Assembly (NCBI GenBank): GCA_049969675.1
Contig: JBMFOP010000035.1
Span: 12,357 to 28,452, forward strand
Length of the DNA stretch: 16,096 bases
Origin: Myxococcota bacterium
Lineage (GTDB): Bacteria; Myxococcota; SpSt-1050
Direction of reading: 5' to 3'
The notes beneath the pieces were generated by a model. That model searched no databases, was not told the DNA's origin, and worked only from the letters and a program-made list of their open reading frames with translations. Below, piece after piece: positions 16,044 through 16,096 of the stretch. The translations under genes were made by a program, and so were the position numbers. Numbering within the stretch: the stretch's first letter is position 1; every line of letters starts with the position of its first letter.

Positions 16044-16096
16044 AATTCGGCATAACCAAAACAAAAACACCTGTAAGATCTTCTGCACATTTTGGT
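16041..16096 (-). repeat. Dispersed ~54-bp repeat, copy B (runs off the window edge)
   Basis: Reverse complement matches 6791-6844 at 40/54. An internal inverted pair, ACCAAAA (16055-16061) and TTTTGGT (16090-16096), suggests a terminal inverted repeat continuing past the edge. Confidence 0.7.

Noticed and set aside
15871..16096. CRISPR array or diversity-generating retroelement (Avd-like gene)
   Set aside because: Repeats are 7 nt without spacers. No cas or reverse transcriptase gene, and no TR/VR pair with adenine-specific mismatches, in the window.

Overview
AT-rich bacterial window from a diderm. The GGCGC-tailed surface protein and the gene families suggest a deltaproteobacterial/Myxococcota-like lineage (inference only). 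Minus strand: an MTH1187/YkoF-family protein and a 1294-aa secreted surface protein (Asp-box propeller, DUF11/Ig repeats, a 16-Cys insert, and a C-terminal GGCGC tail with no TM helix). Plus strand: a small beta-grasp-like ORF, an SCP2 protein and an Fe-ADH; then a CAP protein, an RluA-family pseudouridine synthase and an ALDH; then a decayed outer-membrane-protein gene missing from the ORF track; a metal-uptake unit (leader ORF, His-rich outer-membrane barrel, ZnuA-like, ZnuB-like, no ATPase); a secreted discoidin-like protein; and tdk. The window ends in a disrupted four-helix-bundle gene. Best candidate for a new system: the leader ORF (hydrophobic N-terminus, HxxH...CPICxxH, C-terminal RGPP) looks like a DUF2946/CruR-type ribosome-arrest peptide. 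Its arrest codons contain ACCTCC, the exact complement of the downstream Shine-Dalgarno GGAGGT. This suggests a metal-sensing translational switch on a Zn/Mn-type uptake operon. Also notable: a TM-less MYXO-CTERM-like tail, a dispersed ~54-bp repeat in 2-3 copies, and several near-leaderless promoters.
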